Sequence record: PQ390715.1
DNA: 64,000 nt
Direction: 5' to 3' (one strand)
Made by a program: the position numbers and the translations under genes. The notes under the pieces were generated by a model, which saw only the letters and a list, made by a program, of their open reading frames with translations, had not been told where the DNA came from and ran no database searches. Positions 20,540-29,374 of the stretch are shown here, in pieces. Position 1 is the stretch's first letter; every line of letters starts with the position of its first letter.

Positions 20540-21652
20540 TTAGAACATTTGTTTGATTGCTTCGTAACGAAGTTCACAAACAAAATCACGAATTTCTGAC
20601 GTTTCAAGTTCACCATCTTTGACCATTTGCTGAATATCAGGCAATTCAACATCAGTATAACGATCATAAACTTTAATAATTAGATCTTCAAGTTCTAAAT
20701 CAATTTCTTTTCGCAAAATGAAGTATTCCAAAACTTTATAAAGGAATTCTTCACCTCCGTTATTTTTAATATTCATATCCAATAAAATATTACCCATTTC
20801 AATAGGGGTCTTTTTACGGAATGTTTTGATATCATCACGGAAACGTTTGATATAATTACTAAATTTAACATACTTAACTGGAACTTTAATAGCACCGTTA
20901 AGTACTGAATCATTATTTACTTCTTCATTTTCAAGAAGAATAGACCACAGAAAATATGGTTTATATACATCTGTACAGTTCTCTGCAATATAATCAATAA
21001 GGTCTAAATTCTTTTTGGTCAAAGATGTATTAAACACCTTTTCGTAATAACCAAATTTACTTAGCGTCTTAAGGAACTTTGCAGGCTTTTCTTCGGAAAA
21101 TGCTTTTTCGAATTCCACAAACACACGGTCAGGAACAAGATGATTTAGCTCACCACTATTGACCATTCCAATAGCGAGTTCCTCAGTGCTTTCATGGATA
21201 GTAAAGTCAGAATAACGAGTAGCAAATCGAGCAAGACGTAACACACGTAATGGATCTTCTTTAAAATGGTCAGACACATGACGTAGTACCTTGTTCTTGA
21301 TATCAGCTTTACCACCGTATGGGTCAATGTGAATTTGTAGTACTGGATCATACGAAATTGCATTTATTGTTAGGTCACGGCGATACAAATCTTGTTCGAG
21401 TGTTACGCCTTTTGTATCCACTTCAAAGCCACCATATCCAGTACCAGTTTTACGCTCAGTACGGGCTAATGCGTGTTCATTACCTTCTGGACTTAGATAT
21501 ACAGGGAAATCCTTACCTACTTGCTTATAGCCAATACTTTGCAAGTACTTAATATCAGATTCAGTTGCTCCGACAATGACATAATCTTTGTCTTTTGCAC
21601 GAAGACCCATTAAACGGTCACGGACGTAGCCACCAACCAAATACTTTTTCAT
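20540..21652 (-). CDS. cca: tRNA nucleotidyltransferase (CCA-adding enzyme, class II)
   Basis: YLVGGYVRD.L...KDKDY, VGKDFPV, ARTERK, RRDLTINA, EDPLRVLRLARF. Confidence 0.95.
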   Translation of the reverse strand: MKKYLVGGYVRDRLMGLRAKDKDYVIVGATESDIKYLQSIGYKQVGKDFPVYLSPEGNEHALARTERKTGTGYGGFEVDTKGVTLEQDLYRRDLTINAISYDPVLQIHIDPYGGKADIKNKVLRHVSDHFKEDPLRVLRLARFATRYSDFTIHESTEELAIGMVNSGELNHLVPDRVFVEFEKAFSEEKPAKFLKTLSKFGYYEKVFNTSLTKKNLDLIDYIAENCTDVYKPYFLWSILLENEEVNNDSVLNGAIKVPVKYVKFSNYIKRFRDDIKTFRKKTPIEMGNILLDMNIKNNGGEEFLYKVLEYFILRKEIDLELEDLIIKVYDRYTDVELPDIQQMVKDGELETSEIRDFVCELRYEAIKQMF

Positions 21653-21653
21653 A

Positions 21654-21776
21654 TTATTCCCCCATCAACCAATCACGCAAACGTTCCCAGAAGCCTTTGG
21701 GCTTATATTCTGGGTATTCATATTCATCAGTGCCTTGCTCGGAAACACCCCAATCTTCTTCTAACATAGCAATCAT
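21654..21776 (-). CDS. 40-aa small protein (not in ORF track)
   Basis: GGAGG RBS; MIAMLEEDWG...FWERLRDWLMGE; fills the intergenic gap exactly. Confidence 0.65.
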   Translation of the reverse strand: MIAMLEEDWGVSEQGTDEYEYPEYKPKGFWERLRDWLMGE

Positions 21777-21787
21777 AATGCCTCCAA

Positions 21788-22210
21788 TTAAATTAATCTA
21801 TCACGTAGACGGTCGTAATATTTTTCGTGTATAGCTAGTATACACTGATATGCAGAATAGTCAATGCCAAATGTATCATCAATGAACATGTACTGATCAA
21901 GTGTTTCTGGTCCATTATCATCAACTGGTAATGTCCCTTCTTTTTTTGATAGGGTGTGCCACATCAACTCACTTTCAATATGGTGAGTTGCGTATGTCAA
22001 TTCAATCTTACTTTTTCTTAGTAAAATTAACAATTCATCATTGTCGTCGAGTGCATTACGAAATTTAATACGAACAGTACCCTGAAAATTATTAGTGTAC
22101 ATAACACGATGTTGATTATATGTAACTAAACCACGTCTTTCAGTACTGATTTCGTGTTCAGCAAAGTACTTTAACGTTTCATTAAATTTTGGAATTTTAG
22201 TAACGTCCAA
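21788..22210 (-). CDS. hypothetical protein, paralogue family A
   Basis: C-terminal QYMFIDDTFGIDY shared with 22197-22613. Confidence 0.75.
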   Translation of the reverse strand: MDVTKIPKFNETLKYFAEHEISTERRGLVTYNQHRVMYTNNFQGTVRIKFRNALDDNDELLILLRKSKIELTYATHHIESELMWHTLSKKEGTLPVDDNGPETLDQYMFIDDTFGIDYSAYQCILAIHEKYYDRLRDRLI

Positions 22211-22613
22211 TCACATAATCCTCATAAAGTTTGTATACCCTCATTATACTCTGATATGTATCAAAGTCAATGCCAAAGGTATCATCAATGAACTGATATT
22301 GCAAAAACTCTTCCTCTGTAGCAGCAATAGGAAGAGTACCGTTTCGTTGTTCTGTTGATTGAACATCCTCAATATACATCAACACTATACTTTCATCCAG
22401 ATTTATATCTATCATAAAAACATCTTCACTATAAAATATGTTATATGTACGGATGAAGAGATTTCCTGTTCTATCATAACTTGACACGTGTGTTTCATAA
22501 TACATTTTATCTAAACTAAAGAACAAACCTGTACTATCTGGCTTTTTAGTATTTTTTAATTTAATTTCGATAGCATCAATCATAGGTTTAATATCAAACT
22601 TTTTCATAGACAA
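22197..22613 (-). CDS. hypothetical protein, paralogue family A
   Basis: EEEFLQYQFIDDTFGIDF. Confidence 0.75.
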   Translation of the reverse strand: MSMKKFDIKPMIDAIEIKLKNTKKPDSTGLFFSLDKMYYETHVSSYDRTGNLFIRTYNIFYSEDVFMIDINLDESIVLMYIEDVQSTEQRNGTLPIAATEEEFLQYQFIDDTFGIDFDTYQSIMRVYKLYEDYVIGRY

Positions 22614-22789
22614 ATCACATACTTATTACTATGTGGATCGTAACAATATGAATCATTTACCTTAATACCAGGCTTAAGTTCAATAGTTGTTCCTGTTTCT
22701 GTACTGGGTTCTGCATCACAATAAATCATCACACCAACCCCGACTAGTAAGGATATGATACATATAACTATACATATTGTATATTCCAT
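22604..22789 (-). CDS. small membrane protein
   Basis: N-terminal hydrophobic helix. Confidence 0.65.
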   Translation of the reverse strand: MEYTICIVICIISLLVGVGVMIYCDAEPSTETGTTIELKPGIKVNDSYCYDPHSNKYVICL

Positions 22790-22802
22790 AAATTTATCTC
22801 CA

Positions 22803-23198
22803 TTATAAAAAGTAATTATACAGTTTATTGTACAATATAAAAAGGTCTTTCACATTATCATAAGTAATATCAGATACATCATGAATTAATGATAACTGAA
22901 AAAATGAAGCTTCGTCTATTTCTGCTGGAATTATAACATCACCATCTTCTTCGTCCATTTTATTGGTGTAGTATTTTATGTGATCTACATTCAACTCAAT
23001 AGAGAACGCAATGTTGGTTTTTGTATAATCTTCAATTAATCCAATATATTGAGATTTTTCATTAATAAAAAATCCAATCCCAACACAACGGTTATCTGGA
23101 TATGGATAGTACCATCTATTAATAACTAGGTGTTCAGGTAAGTCCATATCATGTGTTGATATTATAGATTTTACAATTTCCATCCAGGAATAATTCAT
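22803..23198 (-). CDS. hypothetical protein, family A-like
   Basis: EASFFQLSLIHDVSDITYD motif. Confidence 0.7.
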   Translation of the reverse strand: MNYSWMEIVKSIISTHDMDLPEHLVINRWYYPYPDNRCVGIGFFINEKSQYIGLIEDYTKTNIAFSIELNVDHIKYYTNKMDEEDGDVIIPAEIDEASFFQLSLIHDVSDITYDNVKDLFILYNKLYNYFL

Positions 23199-23214
23199 AA
23201 TTAAAACTCCATAA

Positions 23215-23243
23215 GAAAAGGGACAGAATTAATCTGTCCCTTT
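23215..23243 (-). terminator. Rho-independent terminator
   Basis: AAAGGGACAG/CTGTCCCTTT stem. Confidence 0.8.
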
Positions 23244-23251
23244 AGTATATA

Positions 23252-23584
23252 TTACTCTTCGTTTTCTGTCAAATCATCAAGAACTGGGTGTTCTGGATGG
23301 TTTCGGCGGTGTAATTTAATGCTTTTGTCTTTACTGAATACAGTTTCCATTTTTTCAAATGAATCACCAATTGCTTTGTATAAATCTGCTGCATCGGCAG
23401 TAACTGATTTACTACCTGATGTTAGAGTCACAGAGTATTGAGACTTATGCTCTTTCTTCACATGAACTTCAATATCCATTACAGTTGAAGTACGGAACTT
23501 TTCAAGACATTTAGCACCATCGTAAATTGCATCTTGAATTGCTGTAGTAAAATCAACATTACCTTGAATATTTAATTTTAGCAT
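23252..23584 (-). CDS. hpf: ribosome hibernation factor homologue (HPF/RaiA, S30AE family)
   Basis: MLKLNIQGNVDFTTAI... and ADLYKAIGDSFEKME align with HPF MQLNITGNNVEITEAL...DMYAAID. Confidence 0.8.
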   Translation of the reverse strand: MLKLNIQGNVDFTTAIQDAIYDGAKCLEKFRTSTVMDIEVHVKKEHKSQYSVTLTSGSKSVTADAADLYKAIGDSFEKMETVFSKDKSIKLHRRNHPEHPVLDDLTENEE

Positions 23585-23600
23585 AATTTACCTACCTTTT

Positions 23601-24527
23601 TTAGAGTGAACTTAACAACAAATCTGCTCGGTTTGTAACTTGACGATACCATAAGGAATTCATTATTTCTTTTTTAAATTTCTTAGGGTTATCATTTTTT
23701 ACACTGTTCCAAAGTTTATTAAACGAAGCTAACTTATCTACTCCCATTGTATAGCACATTTCAAAAAGAATACGTTGTTGTTCTTTGGTCAGATTTACTG
23801 CTTGTTTTTTCTGCATCAATAATAAAAAGTCATCATATGTTCTTTTCATATCTTGCATTAAAAGTTTGTTGGCTTGAGCTTTGGTAATACCGTTTCTGTA
23901 CTTGATAGCATCAGATTCTTTTCTTCCCAAATAATGCCCATAACCGATTGTATAATTACCTTTCATATCCTTGTAAGGATGAAATTTAGAATTGTGGAAA
24001 GGAACTCCGACTTTCCCACCAAGTAAACGGCGTTTGTTCTTGGACTGAAATTCAATTGAACCTTCAGCTTCTTTGATGTGATTGACAATTTCTGGATCAT
24101 TATAATCAAACTGTACAGTCACATCTGGTAACAATACGTTCTTCAAATCCTCTTTTGTTGGGATAAAGATACCCTGAGAAGTATGAAGAGTAGCATTTAA
24201 ATTGATATTTTTCAACAAAATAACATACTCTTCAAGTTGTACATTTTTAGGTTTAAACTTTTTAGCAATAGAATAATAACTATCACCAGGTTGAACCGTA
24301 TAATGCTTCTCGCCGCGTGGAACATCCTTTGATATTTCTACCTTTGGTAATTCCTGCTTTTGAATTTGCGTAACTTGTGGTTTTAAATTGTGTACCTGAC
24401 TTTCGTCCGATGATGATACACGATCATTTTGAGAAAAACCATAAAATCCAATCGCAGCGACAAGTACTGTGCAAACTAGAACACCATAAGTAGTCTTAGT
24501 TTTCAGTGCTTTTTTCGCTTGTTTCAA
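23601..24527 (-). CDS. membrane-anchored LysM plus phage-lysozyme (GH24-like) protein
   Basis: TTG start after GGAGG; TM helix; LysM YTVQPGDSYYSIAKKF; lysozyme motifs EAEG and PYKD.KGNYTIGYGH. Confidence 0.8.
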   Translation of the reverse strand: MKQAKKALKTKTTYGVLVCTVLVAAIGFYGFSQNDRVSSSDESQVHNLKPQVTQIQKQELPKVEISKDVPRGEKHYTVQPGDSYYSIAKKFKPKNVQLEEYVILLKNINLNATLHTSQGIFIPTKEDLKNVLLPDVTVQFDYNDPEIVNHIKEAEGSIEFQSKNKRRLLGGKVGVPFHNSKFHPYKDMKGNYTIGYGHYLGRKESDAIKYRNGITKAQANKLLMQDMKRTYDDFLLLMQKKQAVNLTKEQQRILFEMCYTMGVDKLASFNKLWNSVKNDNPKKFKKEIMNSLWYRQVTNRADLLLSSL

Positions 24528-24695
24528 AACGCCTCCTTTGTTGATTGTTAAGATGGGCAATCACAAAGATGGCAAAGAGGCCATTTGCAAAAGCCTCATC
24601 GGACTTTCTACAGTACAAAAACGTTCTTTTCAAATGTTTAAGTAGTATAGCATATTTTTATTTTATTACAAGACATATTTACTGTAAAAACCACA

Positions 24696-25106
24696 TTAAT
24701 CGTAGTAGGTTCTACCTACAGTGATGTGATATTTAAAGTACTTGGTTGGTAGTCCTAGTTCATTTCTAATATGTGTGATGAAATCATCTTCAAATTCAAT
24801 GATAAAGAATGAACCTGGATTCTTTTTATCTTTTACTATCTCAATACAAGGATTGAACTTTATCTTTACTTTCATTCCATCGTATTTTTTCCAGTACTCT
24901 GGATTTGGTGGCACTTCACCACGAACGATACTGACATGTGCTCCCCATTGTGGGTCTTTAATATCAATATGTAAGTCAGTTCTGATGAAGTACTGGTAGT
25001 ATCTAACCAACTGTAATGGAAGTTGTAGTACTAACCAGAAGTCCTTCTTCTTTTTCATAGTGCCACGATCTGGATCATACACCAGAGTTCCTTCCATATC
25101 AATCAT
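24696..25106 (-). CDS. 2H phosphoesterase family protein
   Basis: Two HxS/T motifs: AHVSIV and YHITVG. Confidence 0.65.
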   Translation of the reverse strand: MIDMEGTLVYDPDRGTMKKKKDFWLVLQLPLQLVRYYQYFIRTDLHIDIKDPQWGAHVSIVRGEVPPNPEYWKKYDGMKVKIKFNPCIEIVKDKKNPGSFFIIEFEDDFITHIRNELGLPTKYFKYHITVGRTYYD

Positions 25107-25113
25107 ATGTTAC

Positions 25114-25332
25114 CTATAAAATTACATATATGTTTTTATTTTCAATACGAACATATGTTTCCAAAACATCTTTCGGAATTTTATTACTTGTTTTGAACCA
25201 TGTAGTATTCTCTACTAAAACAAAAGTTTCACCTTCAGTTTCACCAAATGTACTTAGTGCATAAATGAAGTAATTGGGAGATGCACTACAATATATATCA
25301 GCATTAATTTCAATCATACTTTTACACCACAA
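25114..25332 (-). CDS. hypothetical protein
   Basis: ORF track. Confidence 0.6.
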   Translation of the reverse strand: MWCKSMIEINADIYCSASPNYFIYALSTFGETEGETFVLVENTTWFKTSNKIPKDVLETYVRIENKNIYVIL

Positions 25333-25453
25333 TAAAACTTAATACAACAAGTGTAATAAACACACCCACAATAGCAGTCATTTCTGGGTTTGCATCATAT
25401 GTATAGCGTATACATTTTAGAAAATCTTTACCAAATTTCTTTAGTCCATTCAT
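25322..25453 (-). CDS. 43-aa membrane peptide (not in ORF track)
   Basis: AAGGA RBS; MNGLKKFGKDFLKC...AIVGVFITLVVLSFIVV. Confidence 0.6.
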   Translation of the reverse strand: MNGLKKFGKDFLKCIRYTYDANPEMTAIVGVFITLVVLSFIVV

Positions 25454-25464
25454 ATATTTTCCTT

Positions 25465-25821
25465 TTATTTCTTGTGTAAAGGTTCATCACTTTCATAATA
25501 AATTGTATCATTATTTCGCTCTATAGTAAAGCTCTTTTGACACAACTCTTCAGCTAAACCCTTTGCATAGTTTAATACATCTCGGTTGAGATATACTTCT
25601 TCTTTTGGAAAGCGTGGGTACTGAATAATACGAGCACACATCCCACTTTCAAGACCGCCAGTGTAGATATATTCACAGGGAATTAATTGTACACAAAAGC
25701 CATGCTTAAACGCAAACTTTCTTGTGTACTCTCTTGCTGTTTGAATATCACCAGCAATATGGATATTCCAGTACTGTGTCTCCACTGTACCTTTATCGAT
25801 GTATTTCATACTCATCTCCAA
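25465..25821 (-). CDS. hypothetical protein
   Basis: ORF track; YTGGLESG and YPRFP motifs; function unknown. Confidence 0.75.
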   Translation of the reverse strand: MEMSMKYIDKGTVETQYWNIHIAGDIQTAREYTRKFAFKHGFCVQLIPCEYIYTGGLESGMCARIIQYPRFPKEEVYLNRDVLNYAKGLAEELCQKSFTIERNNDTIYYESDEPLHKK

Positions 25822-25838
25822 TTATAGCACTAAAAATC

Positions 25839-26228
25839 TCACTTTCCCAACTCTTCTATGATTCTTTTTATTGAATCATGATTTTCCAGACATAAAGTAC
25901 TGTAATTTCTGCCAGTTTTTTCATTGAGGTCGTCGATTTCAATCATAAGATATCCATATGTAATATCTTGAACCCTACTTCGTTTTACCCTTGAGTACAG
26001 CTTGATTGGTACTGATACACGAGTATTCAAAAAGAATTCTGGCAAATCATAACGATATACCAGGTATTCATTCTTGTAACGTTTACGACTGTACGATTCG
26101 AAACACTGCGGATAACGTCTATCAAACATACTACTTCTTAGTTGAAGTATGATTGGATCTAACTTATGTGAGTAATATTTTTTGATTATTTTATCAAATC
26201 TTTTTACATGTCGTTTACGCCATCTCAT
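25839..26228 (-). CDS. hypothetical protein
   Basis: ORF track; GGAG RBS. Confidence 0.7.
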   Translation of the reverse strand: MRWRKRHVKRFDKIIKKYYSHKLDPIILQLRSSMFDRRYPQCFESYSRKRYKNEYLVYRYDLPEFFLNTRVSVPIKLYSRVKRSRVQDITYGYLMIEIDDLNEKTGRNYSTLCLENHDSIKRIIEELGK

Positions 26229-26722
26229 GTTCTAACTCCTTTCAATAATACAATAGGAAAATACTGTGTATCTGTATCAGAAATACTATTACAGTACTCA
26301 ATAATTTCTTGATGGAGTGTGTTTATATAAATGCTAGGATATGGAATTGGTGTTTGTATTAGTCCAGAACTATAAACACAATCAGTTCTTTGACAATCAA
26401 TATAGTGTGTTGTTGGTATATCTTTACCACGTTCCTCAACTACAATTGAGTACGAGTCAGCAATAAAAATGAACGCATTGTTAATTGATACATATTGTAG
26501 GGAATACACATCATCATGAACTTCAATCAAAGGACCATCAAAATTCATCAATACCGAACGACGATATCCTAACACATCACTCATTGCATCGAACTGTTCT
26601 TGTGATGAAAGATAACAAAAACACGTATCACGACATACGTCAATAAAACGCTTAAATGTTTCTGTTTCTATAAGCATATAATTTTCCTTAAAAAAGACCC
26701 CACATAGTGAGGTCAAATACAT
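26225..26722 (-). CDS. hypothetical protein (start probably MLIET)
   Basis: ORF track; AAGGA RBS before the internal ATG. Confidence 0.7.
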   Translation of the reverse strand: MYLTSLCGVFFKENYMLIETETFKRFIDVCRDTCFCYLSSQEQFDAMSDVLGYRRSVLMNFDGPLIEVHDDVYSLQYVSINNAFIFIADSYSIVVEERGKDIPTTHYIDCQRTDCVYSSGLIQTPIPYPSIYINTLHQEIIEYCNSISDTDTQYFPIVLLKGVRT

Positions 26723-26947
26723 TTAATCGTTATCATCATCCAATGCGTCACGGTAAACATAATAAACATGTGCACCTAGCAGAGCAATAAGTACAATAAA
26801 GATTAACCAGAATGGTACAAAATGCAGTACTAGTGAAAACGCCAGTACTGTAATAACCATTACAACTGAACTGAAAATAAGACTTACTGCTTTTTCAAAT
26901 CCAGATAGTAATTTTTTAAAGATTTTTTTCATAAATGAATCAACCAT
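26723..26947 (-). CDS. small two-TM membrane protein
   Basis: Two hydrophobic segments. Confidence 0.7.
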   Translation of the reverse strand: MVDSFMKKIFKKLLSGFEKAVSLIFSSVVMVITVLAFSLVLHFVPFWLIFIVLIALLGAHVYYVYRDALDDDND

Positions 26948-27290
26948 TTTTAATCCTCAAGAAAGTATGCTTACATTTTAGTTTATTACCATAGAATGAA
27001 ATAGGAACATTAAACATTTCAATCTTATCTTCTTTCAACAAACGTAGAATATCAGGATCGTTTTTTGTTTGAATGCAATGAAGACCATTAACCTGAATTT
27101 CTAAACCTTTCTTTAGATATTCATAAATTTTTTGACGACGCATCCCACCATAACTATCATTATGTACCACATCACGTAATTCTTTATATTCTTGCTTCAA
27201 TGCTCGGTCTACAAGTGTTCCATCTTTCTTCCTGATCTCTGCAATACATTTATATTGATTTGAACCTCTAAGAGCCATGTTGTACCTCAT
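26940..27290 (-). CDS. basic hypothetical protein
   Basis: ORF track. Confidence 0.7.
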   Translation of the reverse strand: MRYNMALRGSNQYKCIAEIRKKDGTLVDRALKQEYKELRDVVHNDSYGGMRRQKIYEYLKKGLEIQVNGLHCIQTKNDPDILRLLKEDKIEMFNVPISFYGNKLKCKHTFLRIKNG

Positions 27291-27747
27291 TAGGGTATTT
27301 TTTCATCAATTCGTGTAAACGCTGAATCTCTTGTTCTTTTTTTCTATCACTCTCGTATTTTCGAGAAAGTTTCTTTTTTGTATTTGCTTCTTCTAATCTA
27401 ATATCAGTACAGAATTTGTCATTTTTAAAAAAATTGATACGCAATGCATCGAAAACAGACTTGAAATCGTTTCCTAATTCTTTAGACGTGTCAGTGTAAT
27501 TATGAAAATACATGTTATTTGTCATATTTACATGTTCAATTACTGCACCATTATGAGTTACGATAAACATTATATCTCCATACTGTTCACGTGGTTCTGT
27601 ACGATATAGATATATATGTTGACGTAAATAATCTTTTAATTCATGTTCAATACCACTTTGTTCATAACTTTGATATACTAAAACCTCACCATCAGTTGAA
27701 CTGTTGTCAGATTCATATGGTTCGCGGATAATTATAAGATTATACAT
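27268..27747 (-). CDS. hypothetical protein
   Basis: ORF track; AGGAG RBS. Confidence 0.75.
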   Translation of the reverse strand: MYNLIIIREPYESDNSSTDGEVLVYQSYEQSGIEHELKDYLRQHIYLYRTEPREQYGDIMFIVTHNGAVIEHVNMTNNMYFHNYTDTSKELGNDFKSVFDALRINFFKNDKFCTDIRLEEANTKKKLSRKYESDRKKEQEIQRLHELMKKYPNEVQHGS

Positions 27748-27755
27748 ATTACTCC

Positions 27756-28037
27756 TTATACCGGAGATACGGTACTCAACATTAGTAAAGCTGTATTTTC
27801 ATCAATTTCATGATAGTTGTCGCATACAAGTGTTTCCAACAAATCAGGATGATAATAATAATGTTCATAATCAGTATCATTAGGAATATGATGATATACA
27901 AATACAATATCAAAAACATCATCATCATTTTCACACTTGAAACGCTTTAATTCATCGACACTTTCAACAAAGCCATATTCTTCAAAAGCAGTTGTACCAT
28001 CTGGTAGTTTCATCCATGCACTTGCAACAATTTTCAT
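27756..28037 (-). CDS. hypothetical protein
   Basis: ORF track; AGGA RBS. Confidence 0.7.
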   Translation of the reverse strand: MKIVASAWMKLPDGTTAFEEYGFVESVDELKRFKCENDDDVFDIVFVYHHIPNDTDYEHYYYHPDLLETLVCDNYHEIDENTALLMLSTVSPV

Positions 28038-28054
28038 AAATTTGTGAATCCTTA

Positions 28055-28639
28055 TTATTTTGTAATGTTTAGTTTAGAAACGAAGTATTCTTTGGCTTCT
28101 TCATATGTCATTGAAGTATACATAGGATTCCATTTATCGTCAATATCGATAAGTACTTTAACTTCCATTACATCTTCTGGTGTATAGAATTGCCATGTAT
28201 TGTGATCTGGCTCATAGTTAGGGTCCAGTACAAAAACCGTACCATCCTGACCATAAACTTCTCCATCCTCTAATAGCTCACGGAAGAAATCTTCTCCAGT
28301 AGTTGGGTCTTCGTATGCATTATAAAAACGAAAAACAACATTCTCAACATCTGTTCGGGTAGTACCATCGTCTTCATCATATTCCACCAAACGGTCCTGA
28401 TGAAATACTAGGTCAATTGCACCAATGCGAGGTTTATTATGTGGAGTTTTGATTTCTTGCTGGGAATTATAATCAATACGTTCAGTACTGATGAATACTC
28501 CACTAGGGGTAATTTCAATACCAGACACATTTTCTGGTGAATAGTAAGCGTCACACATGTCATCAATGTGCATGTGCTCATGATACACTTCCATTTCAGG
28601 ATTCTGCAACAACAGTGCTGCTAAGTCTTTTGCTTTCAA
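28055..28639 (-). CDS. hypothetical protein, paralogue family B
   Basis: MKAKDLAALLLQNP...ITPSGVF...SMTYEEA shared with 29375-30022. Confidence 0.8.
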   Translation of the reverse strand: MKAKDLAALLLQNPEMEVYHEHMHIDDMCDAYYSPENVSGIEITPSGVFISTERIDYNSQQEIKTPHNKPRIGAIDLVFHQDRLVEYDEDDGTTRTDVENVVFRFYNAYEDPTTGEDFFRELLEDGEVYGQDGTVFVLDPNYEPDHNTWQFYTPEDVMEVKVLIDIDDKWNPMYTSMTYEEAKEYFVSKLNITK

Positions 28640-29028
28640 TCTTCAATCTCCATAGAATTATCATCATCATAATCATCACTGGTGTACTTAGTTTTTACCT
28701 CAATACCATTCTCATGTAGATATGTGATAAAACCATTACCATAAACGAATTGATTATAATATGTATTTTCTTCTACATGTGCATCATAATCATCTTCATA
28801 ATATGTGGGTATTGTAACATCATGACCTACACTTTGCAAGTACTGGAACAATTCTTTCAGTACTACTTCGATATCACCTTCTTCTGTGCCATAACAATAT
28901 GCAGGTTCACCGTGAGTGAATTTGAAACCTTTACAGGAAACTGTATAAATATCACTCATTTGTATACCACAATCATCACAGACATGTATAGAACAATGCT
29001 GGTGGAATTTAATCTTTTTGATTTGCAT
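28636..29028 (-). CDS. hypothetical protein with CxxC
   Basis: ORF track; CDDC. Confidence 0.7.
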   Translation of the reverse strand: MQIKKIKFHQHCSIHVCDDCGIQMSDIYTVSCKGFKFTHGEPAYCYGTEEGDIEVVLKELFQYLQSVGHDVTIPTYYEDDYDAHVEENTYYNQFVYGNGFITYLHENGIEVKTKYTSDDYDDDNSMEIED

Positions 29029-29368
29029 TTAGAAAATCCTGTAAAGATGTAGTAGACATTGGACTATCAGCACCATCATACCACAGTGATGTATATGGCT
29101 GAACTGAACTAATATCAATACAGAATCCTTCACGCTCACATTTTCGAGCGAATTCTTCAGTAGTTAGTTTGTTACCAAAAGAAATCTCAAATTCATAACT
29201 AGACATATCAATATCAGTACTGTAAATCAATGCACCATCATATGTAATATGGAGTTTAGAATCTGCGTCAAAAAGACGATCTGAAATAGCTTCATAATCA
29301 TCTTCAGGAACTGCTTCAATAAGACGTGCCATTAGTCCAGATGTTACGCGGTAATCACTCATGTTCAA
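29009..29368 (-). CDS. acidic hypothetical protein
   Basis: ORF track; GAGG RBS. Confidence 0.7.
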   Translation of the reverse strand: MNMSDYRVTSGLMARLIEAVPEDDYEAISDRLFDADSKLHITYDGALIYSTDIDMSSYEFEISFGNKLTTEEFARKCEREGFCIDISSVQPYTSLWYDGADSPMSTTSLQDFLNANQKD

Positions 29369-29374
29369 CCTCTT

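Noticed and set aside
24555-24612. c-di-GMP-I riboswitch-like words (GGCAAA...GCAAAAGCCUC..GGACU)
   Set aside because: They are antisense to the gene and lack the GNRA-capped stem; treated as a simple hairpin.
25322-25453. Suspected frameshift in the small membrane ORF
   Set aside because: A base-by-base recount shows 132 nt, fully in frame.
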